From Octopus sinensis (lineage: Eukaryota), in assembly GCF_006345805.1 (NCBI RefSeq), contig NC_043016.1, positions 13,888,001 through 13,952,000 of the forward strand: 64,000 bases of DNA, written 5' to 3'. The position numbers were made by a program, and so were the translations under genes. Positions 37,740 through 51,661 of this stretch are shown here, one piece after another (position 1 is the stretch's first letter; every line of letters starts with the position of its first letter). The notes beneath the pieces were generated by a model. It did not search any database, was not told the origin of the DNA, and saw only the letters and a list, made by a program, of their open reading frames with translations.

Positions 37740-40460
37740 TTGTCTCTCGCTTTCTCTCTCTGTTTCTGTTTCTGTTTTTCTCTCTCTGTCTCTCTCTATC
37801 CCCTTGCTCTTTTAGGTTCTCTCTATACTCTCTCTGTCTGTCTTTGTTTCTGCTTTCTCTCTCCCTCCCTCCCTCTATTTTTTCAGTCCTTCCTGCCCTT
37901 CCCCACTCTTCCAATCTCACTGTCTTATATCCAATATTCCCAACATATGGTAGACTCCAATATAGATTCCCTCATAGTTTATTACACCAAAGAAAGCATT
38001 GCTTTCAAAAGACTAAAGAACTGGCAGGTTAATGAGTGGAGAATGGTATTCCTCACTTGGAATCTATCTGGAGTGATGGAGGGATATAACTGCTGAACAA
38101 CCTGATTGCAGAGATCCAGAAGAGCCTTGGTTTTCGTAGGACCATGACTCAAACAGAAAGAAAAAAGAAGGAATTTATTAGTTCATATGTCTTGCTCAAG
38201 CTGCGCATGGTGTTGCTGGAGAGTATCCTCAAAGAGGAGGAAAGAAAGGAAACGAAAGGACCATTAACAAACCTCCAGCTTCATGGAATCCAAGAAGATG
38301 GTACCTATGAGAGAGGAAGCTGACTAAGCAGACTACGCCACCACTGTGAAGAACCAGCAACCAAAGGAAGGGCTGCTAGGAAAAGGTGAATTTAAAGGAA
38401 AAATCACAAACAAGCAAGCATGAAAGCACAAAGACAAAGGAAAGAAGAAATGGTAGAGACAGAGACCCTGGGAAAGAGAAAACCAAAGCAATCTGGAAGT
38501 TCTATATAAACAGGATCTGCTAAAGCATAGAGACACTTGGATAGGTGGCTGGTGATTTACCCAATTTGTTCATCTTAAGCCCCATGTAAACAATTCCCAA
38601 TGGAATAAACACTTCCATCAGAATCAGCAAGGACACAAGACCAGGTCAGTACACACACTATCTCCATTTTGGAAAAATGCGGATGTTTCACGTTTCCATA
38701 ACAATATGTAGATGTAGTGCAAAACACTAGCAGCCAAAAAATCAGTTTTTTTCTTATATATGGCATAAAAGATTGTCACATCAAACATGGAATCAAAATT
38801 ATGTGCACTAACATCCAAGAACACTGAAAACAGCGGAAGATCTAGGGTAGATCTGATAGCTCAGCAGAAACCACATATGTTACAATTACTGATACCTCAT
38901 ATGTCTCACCTATATTACAGCTGAATGCCAGAGGCCCTGTAAAACATACCAGCTGGTTTACAATCCCATTCCTGAGAGACCTAGTTATGTATAGTCATGC
39001 AATATACATGGTATTGACAAAAACAATCTGATCACTGACATAATGGATGTATTTCAAAGGAGAGAAAGAACTCATGATTGGGCCATAATGTACATCTGGG
39101 AAGATGTCACACCTGTTGTGTTTCTGTCACACTCAAACTCAGTCTGTGACACTCTAGTAGTACACATTAGGCAAATCAAAATGCTAATCTGTATTCTCCC
39201 TATCACCCACCAGACATACCAAATCGCAAGGATTCATTCAAAGATAGCCAGGAAAAAGTGGAAGAGGCATTAACCACCTTGGATTATAGCCTTACCATAT
39301 ATGGGAGACTTCAACCTTCTTAATACTGAATGGCCCAAGAACCACCTCCTTTCAGGTATGTCACTGCATGAGCAGAGGTAGGCAGACGACTCTCCACTTC
39401 ATCTTAAAAAGATGCCATTCATGGAGCAAATAGTGCTTTACTCAACAAGGGTATGGGTAAAAATGTCCTAAACCTCTGCCTCACAATATAGTGATTGTTC
39501 ATAATGTTAAGGTGACACCAATGATTTTTTTCAGGCCATAATTCATAAGCACAAATAATTGTCCGAGGCAAACTGTACAAACAGAAGCCAGACTGTAGCG
39601 GCCAATGGAGTTCTATCCAAGAAGACATTAACAGCGAATGGATTGCCTCAGGGAACTTATCTTAGAACCACTATTGTTTGTGCTATATAAGCAGCAACTC
39701 TTGCTAGCTATGCTGAGATACAAAAGATGCACAATCAGTCAAGAACTTTTTTTTATGCTGATCTTGTACAGAAAAATCTAGATGCAGAATTCTGAGTCCT
39801 TTGATATCAGCCATCTTGTGCCAACACCCTGCAACAAAGATACTTCAGACCAGAAGGAACCACAATCCCAGAATCAAACGCAGTGTATTAGTTGGGGATT
39901 GATATGAGCAGTAATTCTTCATTTTATATCATGAAGGAGGTAGTAATGGCAAATGGCAAATGGCAAGAAAAATTCTGAGTACTTTCAGATCAACAGACCA
40001 GGAAACTATTCTGGTTCAATGGAGGATGTTTACCCTATCTGGATTGCTGTTCTCAACTATGGTCACCACTGTGTCAATTTAATAGTGTAACTTGAAGTAA
40101 TTCAATGGTACTACACCAAGAAGATTGCTTTAATGAAACAATTGAGCGAGTGGAAGAAGTTGAAAGAATTATGACTCAACTCGTTGGGACAAAGGCAGGA
40201 GAAATATGCAGTGATATACATAGGAAAGACCCCAGAGTGGGTGGCACTAAACGTTAGCACTGAGAAGTATATCAATCACAGACCAGGACGCCCCTATACT
40301 GTGCCAAAGATCCCAATCACTCCCTGTAGATGCAGGATCAGGCACTGCAATGGCTTGGATCTCAAGTGTCCACACTGTCTAATCTCTTGTGACATGGACT
40401 TGTTAGGGTTGGGTGAAAGATGTTGAGTATCCATTAAGTATCCAAAACAACAACAACTTC
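37740..40460 (+). mobile_element. Heavily degenerate CR1-like LINE (APE + RT remnants)
   Basis: MGDFNLLN.EW (about 39300), EQIV..TR..NVLNLCL, GLPQGT.L.PLLFV.Y (about 39640), LSEWKKLKEL..L.QRQEKYAVIYI.K..HR.GR..VPKIP (40145-40330). Ends near (AAC)n. Confidence 0.7.
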
Positions 40461-40479
40461 AGAATTTTTTTGAAATATG

Positions 40480-42200
40480 TGATGTAAGTGGCTTGGTTAG
40501 TTGCCTTGGTACATCTGATGCAAATATGAGAAAATTCATTTTGTGTATAGTTGTGAGTGGGGAACTGACTTAGAGCGTAAGAAGATCCTCTGCTAGTTGT
40601 TTTCTTATCGAATCATGTGGCGATATCACTTTCTTCTGCAAGGTTGAGTACAAAGTAGTCTAGTACGCGGAGAATTCCTAATTCTTCAGTGAATTCAACA
40701 GTGAAATCACTGGAAAAAAAAGTGTTTGTTCCAATGAAATCAATGTGTTTGTCAATATTATTGAATATATCAAAGACAGGATCAGTTTCAGTGCAGGAGG
40801 ATGTAAAGACAAATGTGTTTTCACAGTACCCTGTAAAGAAAGAATAAAAATTGCAGTTGTTGCATATCCAACTTGCCAAAACAACAATGTATGTTATGGC
40901 AGAAAGCCTGAAAGACTGGATCCTATATATAGACAAAGAGTTGTTGAAAGATGCGTTGGTTGAAATTGATGTGTACTTGTGATAATGATGGAAGTTTGAT
41001 AAATGAGACCATAAGAGTGAAGGTTAGAAGAGATTGTATAGACTGTTATAAGGTAGACAACTATGAGGACAAGTGCCAAAGGATAGAAAGATATTATGAC
41101 TATAACCAATGGTGTTTGTGTGTATTTGGATGGAGTCAGTGAAGTCTCCAAATGACTTCATCTGAGCTGTCTACATGTCAGAAAGTAGGAGAGGTTTAAG
41201 GCCATGAGAGAAGAACCAAGAAACTTTGTAAAGAGGTCTGTTGAGGTTAGAGGCAACAGGTCTTATTTAACTAGTTTTATGTAACTAGATTGTAATATTG
41301 TTGATATTCTTTAGAAGAATGGGTTCTGAGGCTGCAAATATGAATCCTCAATGTTGTACTCAATCTTGGAATATTTTATTAAGGTGTTCAAATGCTAAAC
41401 TGTTGTAACTATCTTGGGTAAGGATTCCTTTCCTTAGTCCAAGGGAAAATAGATAAGATCTTTAGACCTGATGCTTTTCAGAGCTAGACATTGCGAATGA
41501 AAGAGGTTGCTTTTGCAGGATTTTGAAAGTGGAGCTTTTTAATCTCTCAGGTTTGGGACTAAGATAATGTCTGACAGGGGAAGGGAATGAGTTATCAAGG
41601 CGGTAAATAGGTAATTTGTTGGGGGTAGCAGCAGTGTCGATCATAGTGGTGGCATAGCTGTAGTGGGAGTTGAAGTTAAAAACCCATTTTAATCAGTAGG
41701 TTGTACAACAGAAATTTGTCATTGATTCATTGTGTTAGAATGAGTTTGGAGTGGGAGAAGCATCCAGTTAGATCTGTTCCAGTTGGTTGCAAGGCGGTGT
41801 GGGAAAGTATGTCGTTAAATTCTTGACATCACAGTAAGTGTTTAATATAGATTCAGAGAAATTTCCGTTCAAGCTGTGATTTTTCAAAGATGGTGCGGTT
41901 GTGGTAGCGGTGGTCCAATGTAGATACCAGATTGTGCAATTAGTTATACATCTGTGGTTGGGTCAAGGTGGAGTATTAGTCCCAAGATTTGAAGTATGTG
42001 TCGGGGGAAGTTGGGACTGTTGATGGTGTAGAAGTTTCTTAGTGCAAAACCTGTACAGGAAATTCTAGTAATCTTTAAAATGGGGCAATCGAAAACATGT
42101 GGATAAATGCATGTTGTGGATGGTGTTGGGGAGGATATCAGGTTTCAAACAGAATTCAAGAAAATTGATTTGGCTCATTTCCCTGAAAGAGGGAATAATT
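40480..42200 (-). mobile_element. Degenerate Penelope-like reverse transcriptase
   Basis: Frameshifted minus-strand motifs TSTH.F..RIFQQL..YIGSSLSGFL and .YCENTFVF..DIFNNIDKHIDF, corresponding to PLE RT QxxGxAMGSPLSP and RYVDDxFV..FNSxHxxIxF. Confidence 0.6.
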
Positions 42201-43575
42201 TTTCTTAGTCACAAATTTAGCTTGAAATAAAGAAGCATTATATATTTCTTTACTACCCACAAGGGGCTAAACACAGATGGGACAAACAAGGACAGACAAA
42301 CGGATTAAGTCGATTACATCGACCCCAGTGAACTGGTACTTAATTTATCGACCCCGAAAGGATGAAAGGCAAAGTCGACCTCGGCGGAATTTGAACTCAG
42401 AACGTAGCGGCAGACAAAAACGCTAAGCATTTTGCCCGGCATGCATGCTAACATTTCTGCCAGCTCGCCGCCTTACATAAAGAAGCATTATAATTTGCTT
42501 GAAGCATTGCATGATGTGTAATTGAGATGTTTGAAAATCCTTTGGGCATGCAGAGGAAAAGTTAGACAAAATTTGAATAGTGGTGTTAATGAATGAAAAC
42601 AAAAAAAAAAAATATTATTTTACCGTAATAATTTGTTTGATGACCCTATAATATTTTGAGAAAAATTACCCTTCTCAAATAGAATAAAGAAAATAAAGAG
42701 TTTGGAGCAATATATTATTATAGGCTGGCCATTGTCATGTAAGGAAAATTTTTGAGTGAACCAGAATAAATCACATATTTGCTTCTCGTCCACAGGCATT
42801 ATACATGGAAACAAGGAAGGAAAACATTGTCATTAAGAAAACTCCTCCTCTCAAGATTTTGAATCATTCCGGTTAAAGATCTGGAATTACAGGAGAGATT
42901 TCAACCATAAGGTATTGTGGCTAAATACAATTAGAAGAGAATACTGCACCAGTATTGATCTGAAAACCTGAAACTTTCAAATAGCTGAAGGAAAACTACA
43001 CAATGGAAAGGCACCAGGAAGAGACCTAATAGTTGGGTACTGGTATAAGAGGTTGACTGTTTACAGAATGCCATTAATATGTATACTCAAAAGACTATGG
43101 AAGGCCAGACTGACATTCCTGTAGCACAGATGAATCTTGAAGCCAAAAATAAAATCACTGAGCTAGCAGGAAACTATGAACCCAATGCTTCCCTAAACAT
43201 TATGTACAAGCTGTGCACAATCTGTCTCAACCAATTTCTCTAGAATCATAGTGAGTTCAACAACACAGGGACTGATAAGCAGACAGGTGGAAAGAAGGAA
43301 GTCTGGTGATAAACAAAGCCATGTTGTTTGAAGTAAGAAAATTCTCTTATGTTATTCTTTATGTTATTCAATGATAGCTTGCATTTCATGAAATATTTTC
43401 TGCTTTATTTTCCCCTTACAATATTATATTTATTACTGAAGTGGCGAACTGGCTGAATTGTTAGCACACCAGGCAAAATGCCTAGCAGTATTTCATCCGT
43501 CTTTACGTCCAGAGTTCAGATTCCACTGAGGTCAACCTTGCCTTTCATCCTTTCGAGGTTGATAAATTAAGTACC

Positions 43576-43807
43576 TATTTCTTTACTACCCACAAGGGGC
43601 TAAACACAGAGAGGACAAACAAGGACAGACAAAGGGATTAAGTTGATTACATCGACCCCAGTGTGTAACTCGTACTTAATTTATCGACCCCAAAAGGATG
43701 AAAGGCAAAGTCGACCTCGGTGGAATTTGAACTCAGAACGTAGCGGCAGACGAAATACTACTACGCATTTCGCCCGGTGTGCTAACGTTTCTGCCAGCTC
43801 GCCGCCT
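43576..43807 (-). mobile_element. tRNA-derived SINE (ggcggcgagctggcagaa family) nested in a plus-strand copy of the same family
   Basis: 12-bp TSD aaattaagtacc at 43564-43575 and 43808-43819. Other family copies near 14020-14210, 15165-15360, 16670-16860, 42243-42475, 50085-50300. Confidence 0.9.
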
Positions 43808-44658
43808 AAATTAAGTACCAGTTGCATACAGGGGCTGATCTAATTGACTGGGTCCTCCCCCCAAAATTTTGGGCATTTTGCCTAGGGTAGAAAAGAATAT
43901 TATATTTATTACTGTGGACCATTCATGTAGGATGTATAATTGTAAATAACCTGTTTGTCCCAATCTCCTCTTTATGTTTAAATGCCTTTTTTTTATGTGC
44001 ATTAATGTTTCCTGCTGTGTCTGAGTTATTTCTGTTTTCTCTCTTAAATTATTTATCATTAAGATAGCTTTTCCTGTTGCCCTAGTAGCACATTTAGTTC
44101 AATCTCTTATTCTATACACATTCCAATGGGCAGTAAATGTTTAAATACACAAAAAGACATTTTCCTGAACACACCTTTCAGAAATTAAGGTGCGTCTTCT
44201 ATTCCCATGCGCCTTATAATGCCATCAGAAACGGTATGTGTGTGTGTGTGTTGTGTGTGTGTGTGTGTGTCTGTGTGTGTCTGTGTGTGTGTGTGTGTGT
44301 ACGTATATACATATACATACATAATGTGTATATGTGTATGTATATATGTTTCTGTATATGTATGTATACATACACACATTACATTTTAGAAGCTCGACTA
44401 CAGCCACTATGATTGCATGATCTTATCATCTGTGAAATCGATCAGATCATTCAATTGAAATAGTCATAATGTACTTATAAAATATAAAGTGTAAAAACTG
44501 ACTATTCTCTTATTATTTAAGTCTTTAGTATTAAGTTATAAAGAAGTCTCCTTCATTCATTGAATCAAAGAGACTCAATGAAAAGAATAGAAGCATTATG
44601 CATGTATGTGTATATGTATGTGTGTGTATGTATGTGTGTATATATATATATATATATG

Positions 44659-44696
<38 letters not shown>

Positions 44697-44699
44697 GAA

Positions 44700-45025
44700 A
44701 TGCATATAAAAAATTAGAAAAAAAACCCTTTTATCAATTCAAAATAAATAATCAAATTACACCATCTAGAAAATTACATATAATAAAATTAAAATAACAA
44801 TAAAATATCAATGATTAAGTAAATTGCAAAAAAAATAATAAAAACGTATATAATTGGTAGAATAACTAATTATATATGTTTTTATTATTTTTTTGCATTT
44901 TACTTAATCACTGATATTTTATTGTTATTTTAATTTTATTATATGTAATTTTCTAGATGGTGTAATTTAATTATTCGTTTTGATTTTATAAAAGGTGTTT
45001 TTTTTCTAATTTTTTATATGCATAT
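44700..45025. repeat. AT-rich long palindrome (about 150-bp arms) flanked by (TA)n
   Basis: e.g. attacaccatctagaaaattacatataataaaattaaaataacaataaaatatca versus its reverse complement at about 44912-44968. Confidence 0.85.
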
Positions 45026-45795
45026 ATATTATATTGTGTGAAATTTGATTTAGTATTTCTAAATTGAATTTTTTTCCGTGTAAGTTTGGATTTATATTCC
45101 CTCAAATAATAAATATATATATGCATATATACATATGTATATGTACATACTCACATCTATAGTCTATATATATATATATATATATATTATGTATGTATGT
45201 AAGTATGTATGTATGTATGTATGTATGTATGTATGTATATGTGGGCACAGTATGTCATGAACCGTGTACAACAAAAAAATACGAAGTACAAGTACATGGA
45301 ATATGAACTATTTTTTCGAACAACAAAAGACACAAATGGAAAACAAGACAAGCAACATAAAGAACGACCCTTCATCAGTTGTTGACTGTTTTTCTGCTCT
45401 CGTATTTTGAGCATTTAACAACAATATACGCTTTCGATAAAACAGTTGTTACCACAAAGCAAATTAAATAAAATTTGGGATTTTGCAGAGGGTCAAAATT
45501 AGTAACTCAAACAAGACTGTAAAAACAAACAAGAAGGGATGCTAAGCCTAAACGAGGTTGTAGTGGCGAATGTGTAAATCAAGCTAGGACAGGAGACAAC
45601 AGAGAGAAAGAAAGAAACACAAGTTAGGGGAAGAAAGATGGCCAAGTAGGAGCCATGTGAGCAAGTGAGGAGGAGAGAGGGAGAGAGAGTCACACACACG
45701 AGCGCCATACTAATACAATTGTTTGTTTGTACTCCACCGCCTTCATCTTTTGTTTATTTTCATAAAGCTTCCCGTTATATATATATACACAGACA

Positions 45796-46680
45796 TATGC
45801 TGATGACCTTTATGCTGATGACCTCTATGCTGATGACCTTGCTTTAAAAGTCGAGTCACTGCCAGAACTAAATACGAAGTTTAGGGTGTGGAAGCAAGGT
45901 CTAGAATCAAAGGACCTTAGGGTTAACCTAGAAAAAACCAAAGTCTTAGTAAGTAAGAAGGCTGACAAATCACAACCCACTTCAGGTAGATGGCCCTGCT
46001 CAATCTGTACAAAAGGCATGGATAGAAACTCCATATGATGTTCACAGTGCAAGCTATGGACACATAAGAGATGCAGCAATATCAAAGGAAGGCTAAATGG
46101 GAAGATAGATTTTGTGTATAGCAGATGCAATAAACACTGAAGATGTACAAAAAATAGATTCCATAACATGCCAGGGGGATAAACTAGAAGTAGCTGATAG
46201 CTTCTGCTACCTAGGTGATCAAGTCTGTGGATGCTCTGAGAGTGTAGTAACTAGAGTAAGAATAGCCTGGACAAAGTTCAGGGAGCTCCTACCTCTGCTG
46301 GCAACTAAGGTCCTCTCGCTCAGGATGAAAGATAGATTGTATGATGCATGTGTGTGAACTACCATGCTACATGGCAGTGAAACATGAGCCATGACTGTTG
46401 AGGACATGTGTAGGCTTGAAAGAAATGAAGCTAGCATGATCCACAGGAGGTGTAATGTCAGTGTGCACACATGACAGAGTGTGAACACTCTGAGAGATAA
46501 GTTGGACATAAGAAGCATCAAATGTGGTGTGCAAGAGAGATGGCTGCACTGGTATGATCATGTGTTACAAACGGATGAAGACAGCTGTGTGAGGAAGTGG
46601 CACACCTTAACTGTGGATGGAACCTGAGGAAGAGGTAAACCCAGGAAGACATGTTGGGCTTCTCAGAGGCAATGACAGGA
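45796..46680 (+). mobile_element. 5'-truncated RTE-clade LINE
   Basis: YADDL..L..KF..WKQGLESK.LRVNL.KTKVL, KLEVADSFCYLGDQV, AW.KFRELLPLL, YDACV..MLHGSET motifs with stops. Confidence 0.9.
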
Positions 46681-47207
46681 GACTGAGACCTTTGGAGATA
46701 TGCTGTGATTGAGAAGACCTAGCAACTAAAGTGAGATCGCAACCATGGCCAATGCCAGTTTGCATGTCCGGCCCATATAAAAGTATCCTTGATGCATCGA
46801 GCAATATGATATGTTTGAAAAGACCTGCTGAGTCAAGTAAAATCAAAATCGTAGCTGTGGCTAGTGCCACCTAACTGGCACTTGCTTTGGTGGCACATAA
46901 AATGCATCATCCAAACATGGTCGATGCCAGTGCCCCCCGACTGGCTACCATGCCAGTGGCATACAGAATGTACCATCCAAACATGGTCGATGCCAGGTCC
47001 ACTTGAATGGCTCCTGTACTGGTGGCATGTAAAATGCAACCACTACACTCTCAGAGTGGTTGGCATTAAGAAGGGCATCCAGCTGTAGAAACATTGCCAG
47101 ATAAGACTGGAGTCTGGTGCAGCCTCCTGGCTTTGCCAGTCCTCAGTCAAATTGTCCAACCAATGCCAGCATGGAAAGCAGACGTTAAACGACATGACGA
47201 CGACGAC

Positions 47208-47240
<33 letters not shown>

Positions 47241-47529
47241 ATATTTAAATTTAATTAGAGGTTGTGTTAACCACATGAAGGGATGGTTTCATCCAAGGAA
47301 ATACTGGTTCAGTACAAAGCATTTTGGGGGAATGAATTTCCATAAAATAATAAGAATATCTCTCTCTCTCTCTCTCTCTATCCGCTCAGTCGAAGTTGAC
47401 TCTCGGTTACTCGATGGATCAGTGTAGAATTCTTACACTTTTGATCCATTGAGTATATTGGCCAGAATATATATAAAAACTTATATTCATTTAAAAGAAG
47501 AAAAAGAAAATGGAGAGTGGGAAGTTAAT

Positions 47530-48345
47530 AATTGTTTATTATTAAAAGCAATTTGGTCATCTTCACTTACAGCCGTTTCTATTAATACTCAGTAAACATT
47601 AAATTTACATTTATGTGACATGAACATAGTATCATCTGAAAGAAAATGATGTACATTTGGAAGCTATATGCGTGTGTGTGTGTGCATTCTATATATGAAT
47701 CTGCACTAAATCAATTTACAAATACACATGTGGTACCAGTGCCGGTGGCACGTAAGAAAACCATCCGAACATGGCCGTAGCCAGTACCGCATTGACTAGC
47801 CTCCGTGCTGGTGGCACATAACAAACACCATCCGAGCATGGCCGTTCGCCAGCCTCGTCTGGCACCTGTTGTCCGTGGCTCATAAAAAAAAAAAAACACC
47901 ATCCGAGCGTGGCCGTTCGCCAGCCTCGTCTGGCACCTGTGTTGTTGGCACATAAAAACCACCATCCGAGTGTGGCCGTTCGCCAGCCTTGTCTGGCACC
48001 TGTGTCGGTGGCACATAAAAAGCACCCACAACACTCACGGAGTGGTTGGCGTTAGGAAGGACATCCAGCTGTAGAAACATTGCCAGATCTGACTGGAGCC
48101 TGGTGCAGCCTTCAGGCTTCATAGACCCCAGTTGAACCGTCCAACCCATGCTAGCATGGAAAGCAGACGTTAAACGATGATGATGATGATGATGATGATG
48201 ACATACAGCATCCAAAGGTACATTGTTTTCTCTCAGATGATATTATGCTCATGTTACACAAATGTAAATTTAAATCTTTATCGAGTGTTGATAGAAACAG
48301 CTGAAAGTAAAGATGACCAATTTGCTTTTAATAATAAGCAATTAA
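47530..48345. repeat. Diverged inverted repeat (about 140-bp arms), each arm a degenerate hammerhead, SINE in the middle
   Basis: 47530-47670 is approximately the reverse complement of 48200-48345. Both read CAGAUGA-UA(U/C)UAUG(C/U)UC..GAGU(G/A)UU(G/A)AUA-GAAA-C(A/G)GCUG-(U/A)A-AGU(G/A)AAGAUG. Confidence 0.65.
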
Positions 48346-49237
48346 TTACTTCCCCATTGCCATTTTCTTCTTCGGTTGAAGGAGAGGATCATAAACCTTT
48401 CCTGCAACCAAGAGGCTTTTGATGCAGCAACCCCATATTATAATTAGGCCCTAATGTCCACAGTAGCAAGCCTGATGATGCCTATAGCAGCAGTCCAGTG
48501 CCAACACCAGCGATGATGGTAATAACAGCAGCAGCCATATAGCTAAACCCTTTATGGGCATGAAATCTAGGGTAATCCCATAACCAGCCTTCCCCATTTT
48601 TAATATATGTAAAAATATCATAGGATTGGAAGCAAGGGAAGCAGTGCTTCCCTTAAAAATTATAGAAGCAAAATAGAAACTATATTATTTTTTCATAACG
48701 CTCTGTAAAATTAATATAAACTACATGACATGATAAGCTTCAGACCTTTATTGTCGGAATTAGCATGAGACAACAAGCAGTGGCAGATGACACACAAAAA
48801 AGAAAAGAAAATATGTGCAAGGGAAGCAACATGAGCTGTTGCATCCTTTTCAATATATTTTAACATTTTTTTCCCAATAATGCCACTAAGACAATTTTTT
48901 TCTAGTAAGAGCTGATAATGAATAGTTTTAGATGCTAATAAATACTTATATGCTTAGATTATGCTTCTGTCAATTTACAATACCTATGAGATATATAATC
49001 TTACATTGTTACGTAACACATAGGAGGGAAAGGGAAGCAAGTTGACATTCTGCTTCCATCAGAAAAAAGGTGGAAAGATAACACACGTGTGGTTTCTTGC
49101 ATACAGAATGCCCTTAATATAAAATGTGATTTTTACTTTTTTAGAAAGAGCTATATAACATGAAAATGTCAATTTGATTCAAATATCTATGTGACATTGC
49201 TTCCCCAGTCAGAAAGATCACCACACACCCTTGGTTG

Positions 49238-49280
<43 letters not shown>

Positions 49281-49598
49281 CACACACACACATATGTATT
49301 GTTTAAGGTACACAAAATAGTTATGAGCTACTAATATATCATAAAATTTACTAGCTGCAATTAGTAATTTTTTAATTGCTTTATAAATACAAGTTCTCTC
49401 AGCATAATGCATTTCCTCTTATAGTCTTATATTTTCCATTATTGATGTTCAAGTTTCATTCATGCCGCATGTGTTGCCAGCATTCTTCTCATATGAATAC
49501 CACATGTATATGTATGCATATACACAATAGAGTATATGATACAATGACATCAAACCAATTTAAAACATGTTATCTTAAAGATAATGTGTTTGTACAAG

Positions 49599-49656
<58 letters not shown>

Positions 49657-50395
49657 TCATGTTGATTTTATGTTCAGTTACAATAAAACAAGGGGAGAGA
49701 CCACATGGTATGGAGTATCACTGAAGAGGTCACAGCATGTGTGATGAAAGATTTCCAGACAAATGACATGAAATAAGAACAATAATAAATCTGAAATGAA
49801 GAATGAAATATGTAGTGAATGTGTTTATTTGGCAGATAAGAAATAACCACCCCTGAAATGCAACTATATAATGAAAACTATTTTAAATTAATCTGACGGG
49901 TTCCTCAATACTTTTATAGAGTACAAATTTATTATCCGTAAACAAGAATGTTGTTGACAGTCTCCATCAACCAATTTCACTCACAAGTTGTTGGTTGACC
50001 TGAGGCTATAATAGAAGACATTTGTCTAAGGTTCTATGCACTGAATCTAAACCCAAGACTAAGCAGTAATAAAATGTTTATAAATATTTCCTTATTGCCC
50101 ACAGGAGGCTAAACATAGAAGGGACAAAGGGATTAAGTTGATTACATCGACCCTATTGCATAACTGGTACTTATTTAATTGACCTCGAAAAGGAGAAAAA
50201 AGAGTGACCTTGGTGGAATTTGAACTCAGAATGTAGTGGCAGGCGAACTACCGCTAAGCATTTCACCCAGTGTGCTAACGATTCAGCCAGCTCACCACCT
50301 TTTATTGGTTACAAAATGGATATTGTAACCACATAGATATGCCTGGACACACACATACAAACACACGTGTACATAAATGCACATACATACATACA

Positions 50396-50426
<31 letters not shown>

Positions 50427-51046
50427 GTACGTACGTGCATACATACATATGTATGTACATATATACATATGTGCATGTGTATGTATGTGTGTGTCGATGT
50501 CTGTAATTTAGTAGTTAGGGAAAAGAGGCTGATAAAATAAGTAGTAGGCTTAAAAAAAAAAATCCTGGGGCCAATTCATTCAACTAAAATGCCTCAAGGT
50601 GTTTCTTTTATTCTTTTACTTGTTTCAGTCATTTGGCTGTGGCCATGCTGGAGTAACACCTTTAGTCAAACACATTGACCCAAGGACTTATTCTTTGTAA
50701 GCCTAGTATTTATTCTATCAGTCACTTTTGCTGAACCATTAGGTTACGGGGATATAAACGCATCAACATCGGTTGTCAAGCAATGATGGGGGGGACAAAC
50801 ACAGACACACAGATACATACATACAACAGGTTCCTTTCAGTTTCCATCTACCAAATTCACTCACAAGGCTTTGGTCGGCCTGAAGCTATAGCAGAAGACA
50901 CTTATCCATGTGGTTGGTAAGTAAGCTTCTTACCACACAGCCATGCCTGTGTGCCAAACACACACATAATATTATTATTGAGTTTGGAAACAGAGAGATC
51001 TAATGGATACAAATTATTTATTAATTAACATATTCACCATATATAT

Positions 51047-51079
<33 letters not shown>

Positions 51080-51203
51080 TTATATGCACATACACATATA
51101 TATATATACATACATCATAACATGCAACATAATATACATACAACCGTCTAAACCCATGCCAACATGGAAAGCAGGCGTTAAATGAGGATGATGATGATGA
51201 TGA

Positions 51204-51257
<54 letters not shown>

Positions 51258-51364
51258 AGTATCTATCTATCAATCTATCATCTATCTATATATCTATCCA
51301 TATATCTATCTATTTATCTATCTATCTACCTATCTCTCTCTCTCTCTCTCTATCTATCTATCAT

Positions 51365-51401
<37 letters not shown>

Positions 51402-51413
51402 ATATCTATCTAA

Positions 51414-51465
<52 letters not shown>

Positions 51466-51545
51466 TGATCTGTCTGTCTAGCTGTCTGTCTATCTAACTA
51501 CACACACACACACACATATATTAAAGTGTACAGTTTTATATATAT

Positions 51546-51661
51546 CCATTATGGCTGCTGATCTTACCAATAGGTTTCGCCACAAGAAGTTTAACGGAGT
51601 ACTAGGTAGCAGTCACAGTCCAATTATGTAACTCTGCATTCATCAGAGATAGCCATTATGG
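51546..51661 (-). ncRNA. Type I hammerhead-like motif with long helix II
   Basis: CCAUAAUGGCU-AUCU-CUGAUGA-[61 nt]-GAAA-CC[uauu]GG-UA|AGAU-cagc-AGCCAUAAUGG. Helix I 4 bp + 10/11 bp; helix II pairing poor. Confidence 0.55.

Noticed and set aside
40678-41142. Cys-rich plus-strand ORFs resembling a viral envelope or secreted protein
   Set aside because: The minus strand carries ordered PLE RT motifs; the plus ORFs are short antisense shadows broken by stops.
45360-45440. Type II hammerhead (GAAAGCGTA..TTGTTG/CAACAA-CTGATGA, minus)
   Set aside because: Helix I is out of register by 2 nt, and helices II and III do not pair.
49700-49770. CTGAAGA-G-GTCACA..TGTGAT-GAAA as a hammerhead
   Set aside because: Helix II is plausible, but no helix III/UH site or helix I pairing could be built.
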